Positions 55,015 to 64,000 of a stretch of DNA of 64,000 nt are shown here, one piece after another; the first letter of the stretch is position 1; each line of letters begins with the position of its first letter. Position numbers and translations under genes: made by a program. A model generated the notes under the pieces. It saw only the letters and a program-made list of their open reading frames with translations. It was not told where the DNA came from and made no database searches. Origin of the DNA: Terriglobia bacterium (GTDB lineage: Bacteria; Acidobacteriota; Terriglobia; 20CM-2-55-15); the NCBI GenBank assembly GCA_965198225.1, contig CBDAOY010000005.1, positions 800,001-864,000 on the forward strand. The letters are read 5' to 3'.

Positions 55015-56202
55015 ATGCTCTGTCCCGTAGACCATCACGACTTGACCGACCATGGTTCCGGCCCTCTGTGCGTTGGTTCTTGTTCCGAATGCAACGGCCT
55101 CTGGATCAGTCACACCAGTCTCGTAGCCTTCAAGAGTCTCGAACGACTTGTTGACGACCCGGACTTCCGGGAGTCTCTCCTCGCGGTCAATCGGTCGCCG
55201 GACACTTCATCAAATGAGCGATCTTCCGAGTCGCTTCGGTGCCCGTCCTGTTCCGTGCCGCTGGAGGAACGCGAGACCGGTGCTGTGGTGGTCGACGTCT
55301 GTCTCAGGTGCGGTGGGATGTGGCTCGAAGCCCGCGAGTTGGATAACCTCCTGGGTCCCTACGCAGGCGACGGAACTCCGCCAGGCGAGCCGGAGACAGA
55401 TGTCCATGCTCCCGAGGAGCCTGCCGAGCGGTTCGATCGACTTTCCTTCGACACCCCGTTCAGCCACCGGTTTGCACTGCCTTCGGCGTTCGTCATCGCA
55501 ATCGTCATCAACGCCACTCCGTTCGTCTTCTTCTTCGTTCCGCTTCACGTGTGGACCCATGAATTCGGCCACGCGACCGTCGCCTGGCTTAGCGGGCGTC
55601 GAGCGCTGCCGTTGCCTTTCGGGTGGACCAGTGTTCAGTTTGATCGATCGACGATCGTCTACATCGCGCTGGCTTTCCTGCTCGCCGTTTTGTTCCACAC
55701 CGCCTGGCGGGAACGACTCCGTTGGGCCATGGGGCTCGCGGGCGCGTTCCTGCTGTTGCAGTTCTACATGACCTGGATGGTCTCGCCGTTGACGATCGAA
55801 TTGTGGATCACCTTCGGCGGTATCGGCGGGGAGTTCTACCTCAGCGCGTTTCTTATGGCCGCCTTCTATTTCCCGATGCCGGATCGGTGGCGCTGGGACT
55901 TCTGGCGTTACCCCGTACTCGTCATCGCCGCGAGCACGTTCTGGGACAGTTTCATCCAGTGGCATCGCATTCGAGCGGGCGAAGCGCAGATTCCTTGGGG
56001 ATCGATCTTCGGGGAAGGGGATGCAGGCGGAGACATGAACACCCTGGCCTTCCAGTACGGGTGGGGAAGCGAGCGTATCATCGATACGTACAATCGACTC
56101 GGTGAGTTCTGTCTCGTGGTCCTGATCTCCGTGTACGTGGCGTTCTTCCTGAAGAACCGGGCAAGGACAGGGACCAGTTCTGGGAATCGCAAGACGGGGT
56201 AA
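55015..56202 (+). CDS. Tandem zinc-ribbon (zf-TFIIB-like) + M50-like membrane metallopeptidase
   Basis: CSECNGLW, CPSC..VDVCLRCGGMWL..EL, HEFGH in a TM segment, GDM. Confidence 0.7.
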   Translation: MLCPVDHHDLTDHGSGPLCVGSCSECNGLWISHTSLVAFKSLERLVDDPDFRESLLAVNRSPDTSSNERSSESLRCPSCSVPLEERETGAVVVDVCLRCGGMWLEARELDNLLGPYAGDGTPPGEPETDVHAPEEPAERFDRLSFDTPFSHRFALPSAFVIAIVINATPFVFFFVPLHVWTHEFGHATVAWLSGRRALPLPFGWTSVQFDRSTIVYIALAFLLAVLFHTAWRERLRWAMGLAGAFLLLQFYMTWMVSPLTIELWITFGGIGGEFYLSAFLMAAFYFPMPDRWRWDFWRYPVLVIAASTFWDSFIQWHRIRAGEAQIPWGSIFGEGDAGGDMNTLAFQYGWGSERIIDTYNRLGEFCLVVLISVYVAFFLKNRARTGTSSGNRKTG

Positions 56203-56236
56203 GAGCTTTTGTGATCAACAGATAGAGAAAAACCGC

Positions 56237-56265
56237 TTGACCGTCCTCGGGGCGACACTTATAAC
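56237..56265 (+). promoter_or_regulatory. Sigma70-type promoter of the porin-urt operon
   Basis: TTGACC-17 bp-TATAAC. Confidence 0.65.
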
Positions 56266-56277
56266 TCTTACATCCCA

Positions 56278-56425
56278 GCACAACGGCGTGCGGCGGGTGC
56301 GACACTGAAGTCTTCGGCCGATCAGTCGGTCCGAGGACTTTTTTTGTACGCGACACCGAAGTCTTCCATTGGACATCGACGTCCTGGCGTGAGCGGAAAG
56401 CTCTCACTCAGGGCGTTTTTTCTTT
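56278..56425 (+). promoter_or_regulatory. Two tandem ANTAR-type dual-hairpin antiterminators
   Basis: Hexaloops AACGGC/ACTGAA and ACCGAA/ATCGAC (A1,G4) on short stems; each second hairpin overlaps a terminator stem + U tract. Confidence 0.8.
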
Positions 56426-56451
56426 TCTGGTGAAAGTCTGGAGGACATGAG

Positions 56452-57519
56452 TTGATGAAACGAATTCTGTTGAGACGACTGATCTTCTGCGCGCTGCTCG
56501 CGACAAGGCTGGGCCTTGGCGCGACGACGGTGAACGGACAGGCTAAGATCGAACTCGACGATGGGCGTTGGGTCAGTGTAGGCGGAGGTATCCGCGCCAC
56601 GTTCCGGGCGGCCGAGCAGCCCGGCGGTTCTTACACGAACGAGGTCGACCTCGATAACGCCCGGCTCTACTTCAACGCACAGGCTCACGAGTCCTTCCTC
56701 GTCGAGTTGAACACCGAGTACGTGCAGTCGACGTCAGATATCAAGGTGCTGGATGCCGTGGCGAAGTTCGGGCCCAAAGAGTACTTCAACGTGTGGGCAG
56801 GCCGACATCTGCCGCCATCGGACCGGGCCAATCTGGACGGACCGTTTTTCCTGTCGGCCTACGAGTACCCGGGCCTCGTGTCCCGCTATCCGGCGATTTT
56901 TGCGGGCCGTGACGACGGGGTTTCCGTTTCGGGACAGGTCGATGGCGGAGTCTTCAAGTATGCATTCGGTGTGTACAAAGGGATTCCAGCGATCGTCGGC
57001 CAGGACGACAGCTCGCTTTACGCCGGACGCTTTACATACAACTTCCTGGATCCGGAGCCCGGTTACTACACCAGCAGCAGCTACTATGGGGCAAAGGACG
57101 TCCTGGCTGTCGCGTTCGCGGTCCAGTTTCAGAACGAAGCCATCGACGGGCCAACGGCTGCTTTCGAGAACTTCCGTGGCTATAACTTCGACGTCCTTTT
57201 CGAGAAGAAGATGCCCAACGACGGCGTGATCAGCCTCGAAGGCGCCTACTACGACTACGATCTCGGCGCCGCGGCCGGCGGGGGTGACGCCTATCTGGCT
57301 CAGGCAGGCTACCTGCTTCCGCCGAAGGTAGGGCCCGGTCAGTTTCAACCCATGATTCGCTTCCAGGAATTCGAAGGTGATTCCATGTTCGATGCCGGAG
57401 TCAACTACGTTATCCGTGGGCATAGCGCCCGTCTGTCGCTGATGTATTCCAGGAGCGACCTCAAAGCCGATGGCGGTCAACGAAATCGCTTTATCCTGGG
57501 CACTCAATTCCAGTTCTGA
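56452..57519 (+). CDS. Outer-membrane porin (FmdC/OprO-P-like) of the urea uptake operon
   Basis: Signal peptide, NARLYF, beta-strand pattern, C-terminal QFQF, position before urtA. Confidence 0.75.
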   Translation: MMKRILLRRLIFCALLATRLGLGATTVNGQAKIELDDGRWVSVGGGIRATFRAAEQPGGSYTNEVDLDNARLYFNAQAHESFLVELNTEYVQSTSDIKVLDAVAKFGPKEYFNVWAGRHLPPSDRANLDGPFFLSAYEYPGLVSRYPAIFAGRDDGVSVSGQVDGGVFKYAFGVYKGIPAIVGQDDSSLYAGRFTYNFLDPEPGYYTSSSYYGAKDVLAVAFAVQFQNEAIDGPTAAFENFRGYNFDVLFEKKMPNDGVISLEGAYYDYDLGAAAGGGDAYLAQAGYLLPPKVGPGQFQPMIRFQEFEGDSMFDAGVNYVIRGHSARLSLMYSRSDLKADGGQRNRFILGTQFQF

Positions 57520-57555
57520 TACTTCCCGAACAGCTTTTATAGGAGAAAAAACGAA

Positions 57556-58818
57556 ATGTTCAGTCGCACTCTCAAAGGAAACCGCCGTCCGCGGTCGGTC
57601 GGCGCTTTCGTCGCCCTTATGGCGCTCGCGCTCATGACGGTTTCGGCATGTACCACGCGGGTCGAGCCGGTCAAGGTCGGTGTTCTGCACTCCTTGACCG
57701 GAACCATGGCAATCTCGGAAACGTCACTGCGCGACGTCGTCCAGATGGCCATCGATGAAATCAACGCCGAAGGCGGCGTCCTGGGTCGGCCGATCGAGTC
57801 CGTCGTCGTCGACCCGGCCTCCAACTGGGACCTCTTTGCCGAGAAGGCTCGCGAACTGCTCGTCCAGGACGAGGTGGCCGCGATCTTCGGCTGCTGGACG
57901 TCGGTCAGCCGGAAATCCGTCCTGCCGGTCTTCGAGTCCTACAATGGCCTGCTGTTCTACCCCGTTCAGTACGAAGGCGAAGAGCAGAGCCCCAATATCT
58001 TCTACACGGGCGCAACTCCGAACCAGCAGTTGATCCCGGCGGCCCAGTACCTGATGGGCCCCGAAGGTGGGGAGAAGAAGAAATTCTACCTGCTCGGCAC
58101 CGACTACGTGTTCCCGCGGACGGCTAACAAGATCCTCAAGGCCTTCCTGCTCGCCGAGGGCGTTCCCGAGGAGAACATCATCGAGGAGTACACCCCGTTC
58201 AGTCACGCCGACTACCAGACGATCGTCGGAAAGATCAAGGACTTCAGCCAGGACGGGGATGCGGCCGTGCTTTCGACGATCAACGGCGACAGCAACGTTC
58301 CCTTTTACAAGGAATTCGCCAACCAGGGGCTGACCTCGGCCGACATTCCGATCATGGCCTTCTCGGTCGCGGAAGACGAACTGCGTTCGATGGAAACCGA
58401 GCACCTCGTGGGGCACCTGGCGGCTTGGAACTACTTCCAGTCGATCGATATCCCGTCCAACAACGCTTTCGTCGAGTCCTTCAAGGCGTATGCCGAGGCG
58501 AAGGGACTGCCCGGTGGCCGATCCCGTGTGACCGACGATCCGATCGAAGCGGCCTACTTCGGGGTGTACGTCTGGAAAGCTGCGGTCGAACGAGCCAACT
58601 CCTTCGAGGTGGACGCGGTGCGCGAAGAGGTCCTCGGGCTGGAGTTCGACGCCCCGGGCGGCCCGAAGAGGATGCACGCGGAGAACCACCATACGTACAA
58701 GCCTGTGTATATCGGCGAGATCCTGGCCGACGGCCAGTTCGACGTCATCTGGGAGACCCCCGGGCTCGTCGAGCCTGAGGCGTTCAGCCGGTATCTCCAG
58801 CAGGCCAGCAACCAGTAG
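57556..58818 (+). CDS. urtA: Urea ABC transporter substrate-binding protein
   Basis: VGVLHSLTGTMAISE, FGCWTSVSRKSVLP, LLFYPVQYEG, GDSNVPF. Confidence 0.95.
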   Translation: MFSRTLKGNRRPRSVGAFVALMALALMTVSACTTRVEPVKVGVLHSLTGTMAISETSLRDVVQMAIDEINAEGGVLGRPIESVVVDPASNWDLFAEKARELLVQDEVAAIFGCWTSVSRKSVLPVFESYNGLLFYPVQYEGEEQSPNIFYTGATPNQQLIPAAQYLMGPEGGEKKKFYLLGTDYVFPRTANKILKAFLLAEGVPEENIIEEYTPFSHADYQTIVGKIKDFSQDGDAAVLSTINGDSNVPFYKEFANQGLTSADIPIMAFSVAEDELRSMETEHLVGHLAAWNYFQSIDIPSNNAFVESFKAYAEAKGLPGGRSRVTDDPIEAAYFGVYVWKAAVERANSFEVDAVREEVLGLEFDAPGGPKRMHAENHHTYKPVYIGEILADGQFDVIWETPGLVEPEAFSRYLQQASNQ

Positions 58819-58828
58819 GCGCGCTGGC

Positions 58829-60502
58829 GTGAAGAGGGCGTTCCTTCCCGCTCTGATCTCTGTTTCCCTCCTGTGGGTGACCTGCGCCGAGACCCTGGCG
58901 CAGGTGCCCGCGGTGAGCGCGGACATGCGGAACGCCCTATTGAACGTGATCAGCGCTGACCCCGAAGCGCGGCAGAGCGCCATCGGCGAGATTGCCGCCT
59001 CGAAGGAGGCGGTCCTGGTCCCGGCGCTCGAGGCTTACAGCGCCGGCCTGCTCGAACAGCGGGCGGACGGTCTTTTCGTCATCTACCGGAGCCGTGTCGA
59101 GGTCCTCGGCGAAACCCTCTATCCTCTCGTCGACGCCTTCACGCTCGAACCCATAATCGCGCCGGATGGAGACCCCGCTTATGCGGGGCGACTCTCCGGC
59201 GATATGTTGCGGGCGGACGCTTCGGCCCGACGGCTGCTGGGACCCCTGATCTCGGAGCTGTCGATCTACCATCCCGATCCAGACCGGCGCAGCGCGGCCA
59301 TCGTCGATGCCGCGACCCGGAGCGATCCTGAACTGCTCGACGAACTGAAGTCGCAGCTCGAGGCCGACGATGGCGGGCCCTTCACGAGGGTGCTGAGTGA
59401 ATCGATCGCAAGGATAGGCCTGGTTCACGGGGATGCCTCGGCCCGGGCGACCGCGGTCGAAACACTCGCCGAGCTGGGTTCGAGCCGTGGCGTGGGAGAA
59501 CTGCGGCGCAGCCTGGAGGCCGCCGAAACCGATGGAGACGCCGCTTTTGCGGCGCGCGTTGAAGCGGCGCTCGGGGAGATCGAATCCTACCAGCAGAAGG
59601 TCCGACTGGCACACCACACCTTCGCCGGACTCTCGCTGGGCAGCATTCTGATCCTTCTGGCGCTGGGGCTGTCGATCATCTTCGGGCTGATGCGCGTGAT
59701 CAACCTCGCCCACGGCGAGTTCATGATGGTGGGCGCCTACACGACCTATGTCGTCAGCGAGATCTTCAAGGGATGGCTGCCGCCGGGCGCTTTTGACTAC
59801 TACTTCCTCGTCGCCCTCCCGCTGGCGTTCCTGGTGGCGGGTTTCGTCGGCCTGCTTTGTGAGGTGTTCGTCATCCAGCATTTGTACGGGCGGCCGATGG
59901 AGACGCTGCTGGCGACCTGGGGTATCAGCCTGTTGTTGATCCAGAGCGTGCGGGTCATTTTCGGGGACACAACGTCGCTCACACCTCCGGGATGGCTCCA
60001 GGGCGGGTGGGAGGTGGCGCCCGACCTGGTGTTTCCGCTCAACCGGGTGTTCATCATCGTCTTCTGTGGCGGCGCGATCGCGGCCGTGTACTTTCTCGTT
60101 CTGCGCACGAAGTTCGGCCTGTTGCTCCGGGCGACGACACAGGATCGTGAGATCGCCTCCACACTGGGAGTCCGCACGCGCAGGATCGACGCGCTGACAT
60201 TCAGCTTCGGTGCCGGCCTGGCCGGGCTGGCCGGGACGGCCGTGCCGCTGTTCGACAAACTCAACCCGAACCTGGGGCAGAGCTACATCGTCGACAGTTT
60301 CATGGTGGTCGTCGTCGGGGGAGTTGGAAAGCTGGCGGGGGTCATCAGCGCCGGCGCCGGCCTCGGCTTCCTGACGAAGTACATCGAACCGTGGCTCGAG
60401 GCGGTGTACGGGAAACTGGCGGTGCTCGGCCTGATCATCCTGTTCCTCCAATGGCGTCCCTCGGGGCTCTTCCCGCCCAGAGGGCGTATCGCCGAAGACT
60501 AG
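58829..60502 (+). CDS. urtB: Urea ABC transporter permease with N-terminal periplasmic HEAT-like domain
   Basis: GLSLGSIL, VINLAHGEFMM, ETLLATWG, DSFMVVVVGGVG. Confidence 0.93.
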   Translation: MKRAFLPALISVSLLWVTCAETLAQVPAVSADMRNALLNVISADPEARQSAIGEIAASKEAVLVPALEAYSAGLLEQRADGLFVIYRSRVEVLGETLYPLVDAFTLEPIIAPDGDPAYAGRLSGDMLRADASARRLLGPLISELSIYHPDPDRRSAAIVDAATRSDPELLDELKSQLEADDGGPFTRVLSESIARIGLVHGDASARATAVETLAELGSSRGVGELRRSLEAAETDGDAAFAARVEAALGEIESYQQKVRLAHHTFAGLSLGSILILLALGLSIIFGLMRVINLAHGEFMMVGAYTTYVVSEIFKGWLPPGAFDYYFLVALPLAFLVAGFVGLLCEVFVIQHLYGRPMETLLATWGISLLLIQSVRVIFGDTTSLTPPGWLQGGWEVAPDLVFPLNRVFIIVFCGGAIAAVYFLVLRTKFGLLLRATTQDREIASTLGVRTRRIDALTFSFGAGLAGLAGTAVPLFDKLNPNLGQSYIVDSFMVVVVGGVGKLAGVISAGAGLGFLTKYIEPWLEAVYGKLAVLGLIILFLQWRPSGLFPPRGRIAED

Positions 60503-60504
60503 CC

Positions 60505-61992
60505 ATGCAGCTGCCGCAGCGTCTGAAGTTCGAATTTCCCTCCGTTCGGTCCCCCTACCCCGAGGTTCAGCGGTTTCGGGAGCGGGCCGTCGTCGCGCTC
60601 CTGGTGTTTGCCTTTCTCGTCGTGCCGGCGATGAACCTGGCCGGAGTGATCGAGCCGCATGACCTCAACCGTATCGGGCGCTATCTCTGTTTTGCGATAG
60701 CGGCGCTCGGGCTCGATTTGATTTGGGGGTTTACCGGCACGCTGTCGCTCTGCCACGCCCTTTTCTTCTGCATCGGCGGTTACGCGATGGCCATGCACCT
60801 GAGCCTGCCGGCGGGTGGCGGGGACGTCCGCCCGGAATACAACAACATCCCGCAGTTCTTCTTCTTCAACAACGTCGACACGCTACCCGCGTGGTGGGAG
60901 CCGTTCTCGTCGCTGCCGTTGACCGTGATCGCCGCCCTGGTGCTACCCGCCGCCCTCGCCCTGGCCCTGGGGTTTTTCATTTTCAGGAATCGCGTCCGTG
61001 GCGTCTACTTTGCGATCATCACGCAGGCGCTGGCCTGGGGCGCGTTCCTGGCCTTTTCACGGAACGAAATGCTGCTCGGGGGGACGAACGGCCTCACGAA
61101 TTTCTACAAGCCACTCAACACCGAGAACACGTGGATCCTCGGCCTGTACCTGCTGGCGGCGACGACCCTGGGCCTGGCGTTCTGGGCCTGCAGCCACATC
61201 ACGCGCTCGCGCCTGGGCCGCGTTCTCATTGCTGTTCGGGACAACGAGACGCGTCTGTATTTCACGGGCTACCGAGCCGACCTCTACAAGGTCTTCGCCT
61301 TTTCAACGGCGGCGTTGATCGGAGGGCTCGCCGGCTTGCTCTACGTGCCGCAGAACGGGATCATCACCCCGAACGTCATGCGCGTGGAGGATTCGATCTG
61401 GATGGTCATCTGGGTGGCGGTCGGCGGTAGGGGTAAGTTGTGGGGCGCGGTGTTCGGTGCGCTGCTGGTGAACTTTACCTACTCGGCATTGACGAGCGAC
61501 ATGCCCAGGGCGTGGCCCTTCATCCAGGGTGCGCTGTTTCTTGCGGTCCTGTTCTTCCCGAACGGGATCGCAGGTTTGTGGGAGCGTCTGGAGAGCGAAG
61601 TCCGATCCGGAGACAGCATCCGGCGCCTCCTGCTCGCTCTCGTGTTCGTCGAACTCTTCCTCATCGTCGACAAACTCGGGTACCTGCCTGGTGCCGGCGC
61701 CAACCTTCTGGTGGCCGGAATAGAAGTGCAGTATCTGGTCATGCTCGCCGGAGCGGCGCTCATCTGTTGGACGCGCGTCGCGCACACGGCCATACCTCTA
61801 ACGGCGCTGGTCTGGTTCATCTTGACCGAAGCGCTCGGCATCATGCCCGGCTCGTTCGACATCGTGAAGTACGCCATCCTGCTCGGTTCAGGGACGCTGT
61901 ACGCGTACCTGCGCTGGTCGGAGTCGCCGAGACCGGGTGCCGATAGACCGGCGTTCGCATCCAGGGTGCTGATGGCGGTGGGACTGAAATGA
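60505..61992 (+). CDS. urtC: Urea ABC transporter permease
   Basis: LGLDLIWG, GVYFAIITQA, GGTNGLT, AVRDNE, WVAVGGRG. Confidence 0.92.
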   Translation: MQLPQRLKFEFPSVRSPYPEVQRFRERAVVALLVFAFLVVPAMNLAGVIEPHDLNRIGRYLCFAIAALGLDLIWGFTGTLSLCHALFFCIGGYAMAMHLSLPAGGGDVRPEYNNIPQFFFFNNVDTLPAWWEPFSSLPLTVIAALVLPAALALALGFFIFRNRVRGVYFAIITQALAWGAFLAFSRNEMLLGGTNGLTNFYKPLNTENTWILGLYLLAATTLGLAFWACSHITRSRLGRVLIAVRDNETRLYFTGYRADLYKVFAFSTAALIGGLAGLLYVPQNGIITPNVMRVEDSIWMVIWVAVGGRGKLWGAVFGALLVNFTYSALTSDMPRAWPFIQGALFLAVLFFPNGIAGLWERLESEVRSGDSIRRLLLALVFVELFLIVDKLGYLPGAGANLLVAGIEVQYLVMLAGAALICWTRVAHTAIPLTALVWFILTEALGIMPGSFDIVKYAILLGSGTLYAYLRWSESPRPGADRPAFASRVLMAVGLK

Positions 61993-62768
61993 TGAGTAGA
62001 ACACAGGAAACATCGACGACGGAACCGGCGGGTAATGGCACGCTGCTGCGGCTAGAGGGAGCCTCCGTCGTGTTCGACGGGTTCAAAGCCCTGGACGTCG
62101 GGAAGTTCGATGTTGAGAGCAACGAACTGCGGGTCGTCATCGGTCCGAACGGGGCGGGCAAGACGACGCTGTGCGACGTGATCAGCGGGAAGACGCGCCT
62201 GTCGAGCGGAAGCGTGATGTTCGATGGCAGTGACATCACGCGCTGCAGCGAATTCGAGATTGCCCGCAAGGGGGTGGGACGAAAGTTCCAGACGCCGATG
62301 GGCTTCGGCAGCTTGACGGTGTACGAGAACGTCGAGCTGGCGCTGCCCGACTCTCACGGTGTGCTGGAGAACATGTGGAGCCGTCCTTCGCCGAAGGTCA
62401 AGGATGAGATCTTCGAGGTGCTGGAAGCGGTCGGTCTGGCTTATTCGTCACGCGTCAAGGCCCACAACCTGAGTCACGGCCAACGGCAGTCGCTGGAGAT
62501 CGCGATGCTCCTGATCGCCAAGCCGAAGCTCCTGCTCGTCGACGAGCCCGCCGCCGGCCTCAGCGATGCGGAGGCGTTCGGAACCGCCGAGCTGCTGCTC
62601 CGCCTCAAAGGACGACATACGATGATCGTGATCGAGCACGACATGGATTTCGTACGGCATCTGGACTCCCGCGTGACCGTGCTCAACGAAGGAAGGGTCC
62701 TGGCCGAGGGACCGATGCAGGAAGTGCAGACGAACCCGCTCGTAATCGAGGCATACCTGGGACGCTGA
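61989..62768 (+). CDS. urtD: Urea ABC transporter ATPase
   Basis: FDGFKAL, GPNGAGKT, GRKFQTP, LSHGQ, EHDM. Confidence 0.93.
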   Translation: MMSRTQETSTTEPAGNGTLLRLEGASVVFDGFKALDVGKFDVESNELRVVIGPNGAGKTTLCDVISGKTRLSSGSVMFDGSDITRCSEFEIARKGVGRKFQTPMGFGSLTVYENVELALPDSHGVLENMWSRPSPKVKDEIFEVLEAVGLAYSSRVKAHNLSHGQRQSLEIAMLLIAKPKLLLVDEPAAGLSDAEAFGTAELLLRLKGRHTMIVIEHDMDFVRHLDSRVTVLNEGRVLAEGPMQEVQTNPLVIEAYLGR

Positions 62769-62774
62769 TAGACG

Positions 62775-63470
62775 ATGCTTCAGATTCAGAACCTGTCGTT
62801 TTCATACGGCGCCGCACTGGTGTTCGACGAGATCGACATGAGCATGCCCGAAGGGAAGGTGACCTGCATCATCGGTCGCAACGGAGTCGGGAAAACGACC
62901 CTTCTGATGAACGTCATGGGTGTCCTTCGACCGACGACGGGTTCCATCCTTCTGGGGGACACCGACATGACGCAAATGGCGCCGGAAGCGCGTGCCCGGG
63001 CCGGCTTGGGGCTGGTGCCGCAGGGTCGACGCATCTTCGGGCGACTGACGGTCGAAGAAAACCTCAGGATCGGTCTCGAGGCGCGAGGCGATGGCATTAC
63101 CGAGGTTCCCGAAGAAGTGTACGACCTGTTTCCGGTCCTCAAGACCATGTCGAACCGGATGGGTGGAGATCTGTCCGGAGGGCAGCAACAGCAGCTCGCG
63201 ATCGCGCGAGCCCTGATCGGTCGTCCCAAGGTACTGATGCTCGACGAGCCGACCGAAGGGATCCAACCAAACATCATCCAGGAGATTGGCCGGGTCCTGC
63301 ACCGGCTCGTCGATGAGCTGAAGATCACGGTCGTGATGGTGGAGCAGTACCTGGCCTTCGTCCAGGACGTCGGTCACCGCTTCTACCTCATGGATCGCCG
63401 TCGGGTCGTTGCCGAGGGGCCTACCGCCGACCTTACTTCGGATCTGATACACAGGCATCTGCAGGTGTAG
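62775..63470 (+). CDS. urtE: Urea ABC transporter ATPase
   Basis: GRNGVGKT, LSGGQQQQLAIARAL, LDEPTEGIQP, VEQY. Confidence 0.95.
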   Translation: MLQIQNLSFSYGAALVFDEIDMSMPEGKVTCIIGRNGVGKTTLLMNVMGVLRPTTGSILLGDTDMTQMAPEARARAGLGLVPQGRRIFGRLTVEENLRIGLEARGDGITEVPEEVYDLFPVLKTMSNRMGGDLSGGQQQQLAIARALIGRPKVLMLDEPTEGIQPNIIQEIGRVLHRLVDELKITVVMVEQYLAFVQDVGHRFYLMDRRRVVAEGPTADLTSDLIHRHLQV

Positions 63471-63504
63471 GGGAGGGGGGAGGGGAACGTAGGCCGTAGG
63501 CCGA

Positions 63505-63875
63505 CTCAATTTGAGATTTCGAATTTCCAATCTCGAATTTCCAATGTGGAATGTTCGTTAGCCAACCTGCAATGACCGCGCACGAATCCGTCTTAGATGC
63601 ATTGCAGATTTTCTGTCGGAAAATCCGCATTGGAAATTTCATCATTGGAAAATGGAAATTGGAGATTGAGTGTAGGTGCGGTCTATGACCGCACACGGCT
63701 GCTGCCAAGACTCCCCTCCTTGGATAGATAAGGAGGGGTGGATGCGCCGCCAGGCGCAGACGGGGTGGTTCGAATTCACCGGGTGGATGCGCCGCCAGGT
63801 GCAGACGGGGCAGTTGAATTTCTGATCAACACCACCCCGGCGCTTCGCGCCACCCCTCCTCAGCTGAGGAGGGGT
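63505..63875. repeat. Intergenic repeat cluster (inverted heptamer arrays, REP copy 3, CCCCTCCT..AGGAGGGG palindromes)
   Basis: (GAATTTC/CAATCTC)n versus (GGAAATT)n; GTAGGTGCGGTCTATGACCGCAC; duplicated GGGTGGATGCGCCGCCAGG.GCAGACGGGG. Confidence 0.7.
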
Positions 63876-63891
63876 GCTTTGGGGGATCGGG

Positions 63892-64000
63892 CTACGTGAT
63901 TTGGATCACGACCTCGCTCTCCCGTTCTTGAAACAGCACCTCGACCAGGCTCGCCCGGCGGTCCAGGACGGCGCGTTGGTTGATGTAGCCCTTGTCGGTG
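63892..64000 (-). CDS. C-terminus of an acyl-CoA synthetase (feruloyl-CoA synthase-like), partial
   Basis: TDKGYINQRAVLDRRA then stop. Confidence 0.7.
   Translation of the reverse strand, partial: TDKGYINQRAVLDRRASLVEVLFQERESEVVIQIT

Overview
The window has two parts. Bases 1-~45,200 are a dense mobile-element graveyard: Tn3-family remnants, nested IS256/IS21/IS21, IS1380, IS1182, IS5, two IS110/IS1111 elements, a MITE, two toxin-antitoxin pairs, scattered gene fragments and a nested cluster of group II introns. Bases ~45,200-64,000 are an ordinary-looking chromosomal region with a urease cluster (ureABCEF-symporter-ureGD) and a porin-urtABCDE urea uptake operon preceded by a double ANTAR-type antiterminator. 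The Oar-like TonB receptor and ADOP permease suggest an Acidobacteria-like host (inference). The most striking signal is a hierarchy of RNA-guided mobile elements that target each other. Intron 1 splits an exact 38-bp Tn3-type terminal IR. Intron 2 sits in the DV-DVI linker of intron 1. An ORF-less intron 3 sits in the DII-DIII linker of intron 2 and shows a self-insertion signature. In each case the predicted EBS1 loop pairs with the observed 5' exon. An IS1111-type element has non-coding guide segments matching domain I of the intron-1 family, where it is inserted. One segment (~17,250-17,860) looks like an assembly-consensus chimera, so read-level validation is needed. All family calls are from motif recognition by eye; no database searches were run.
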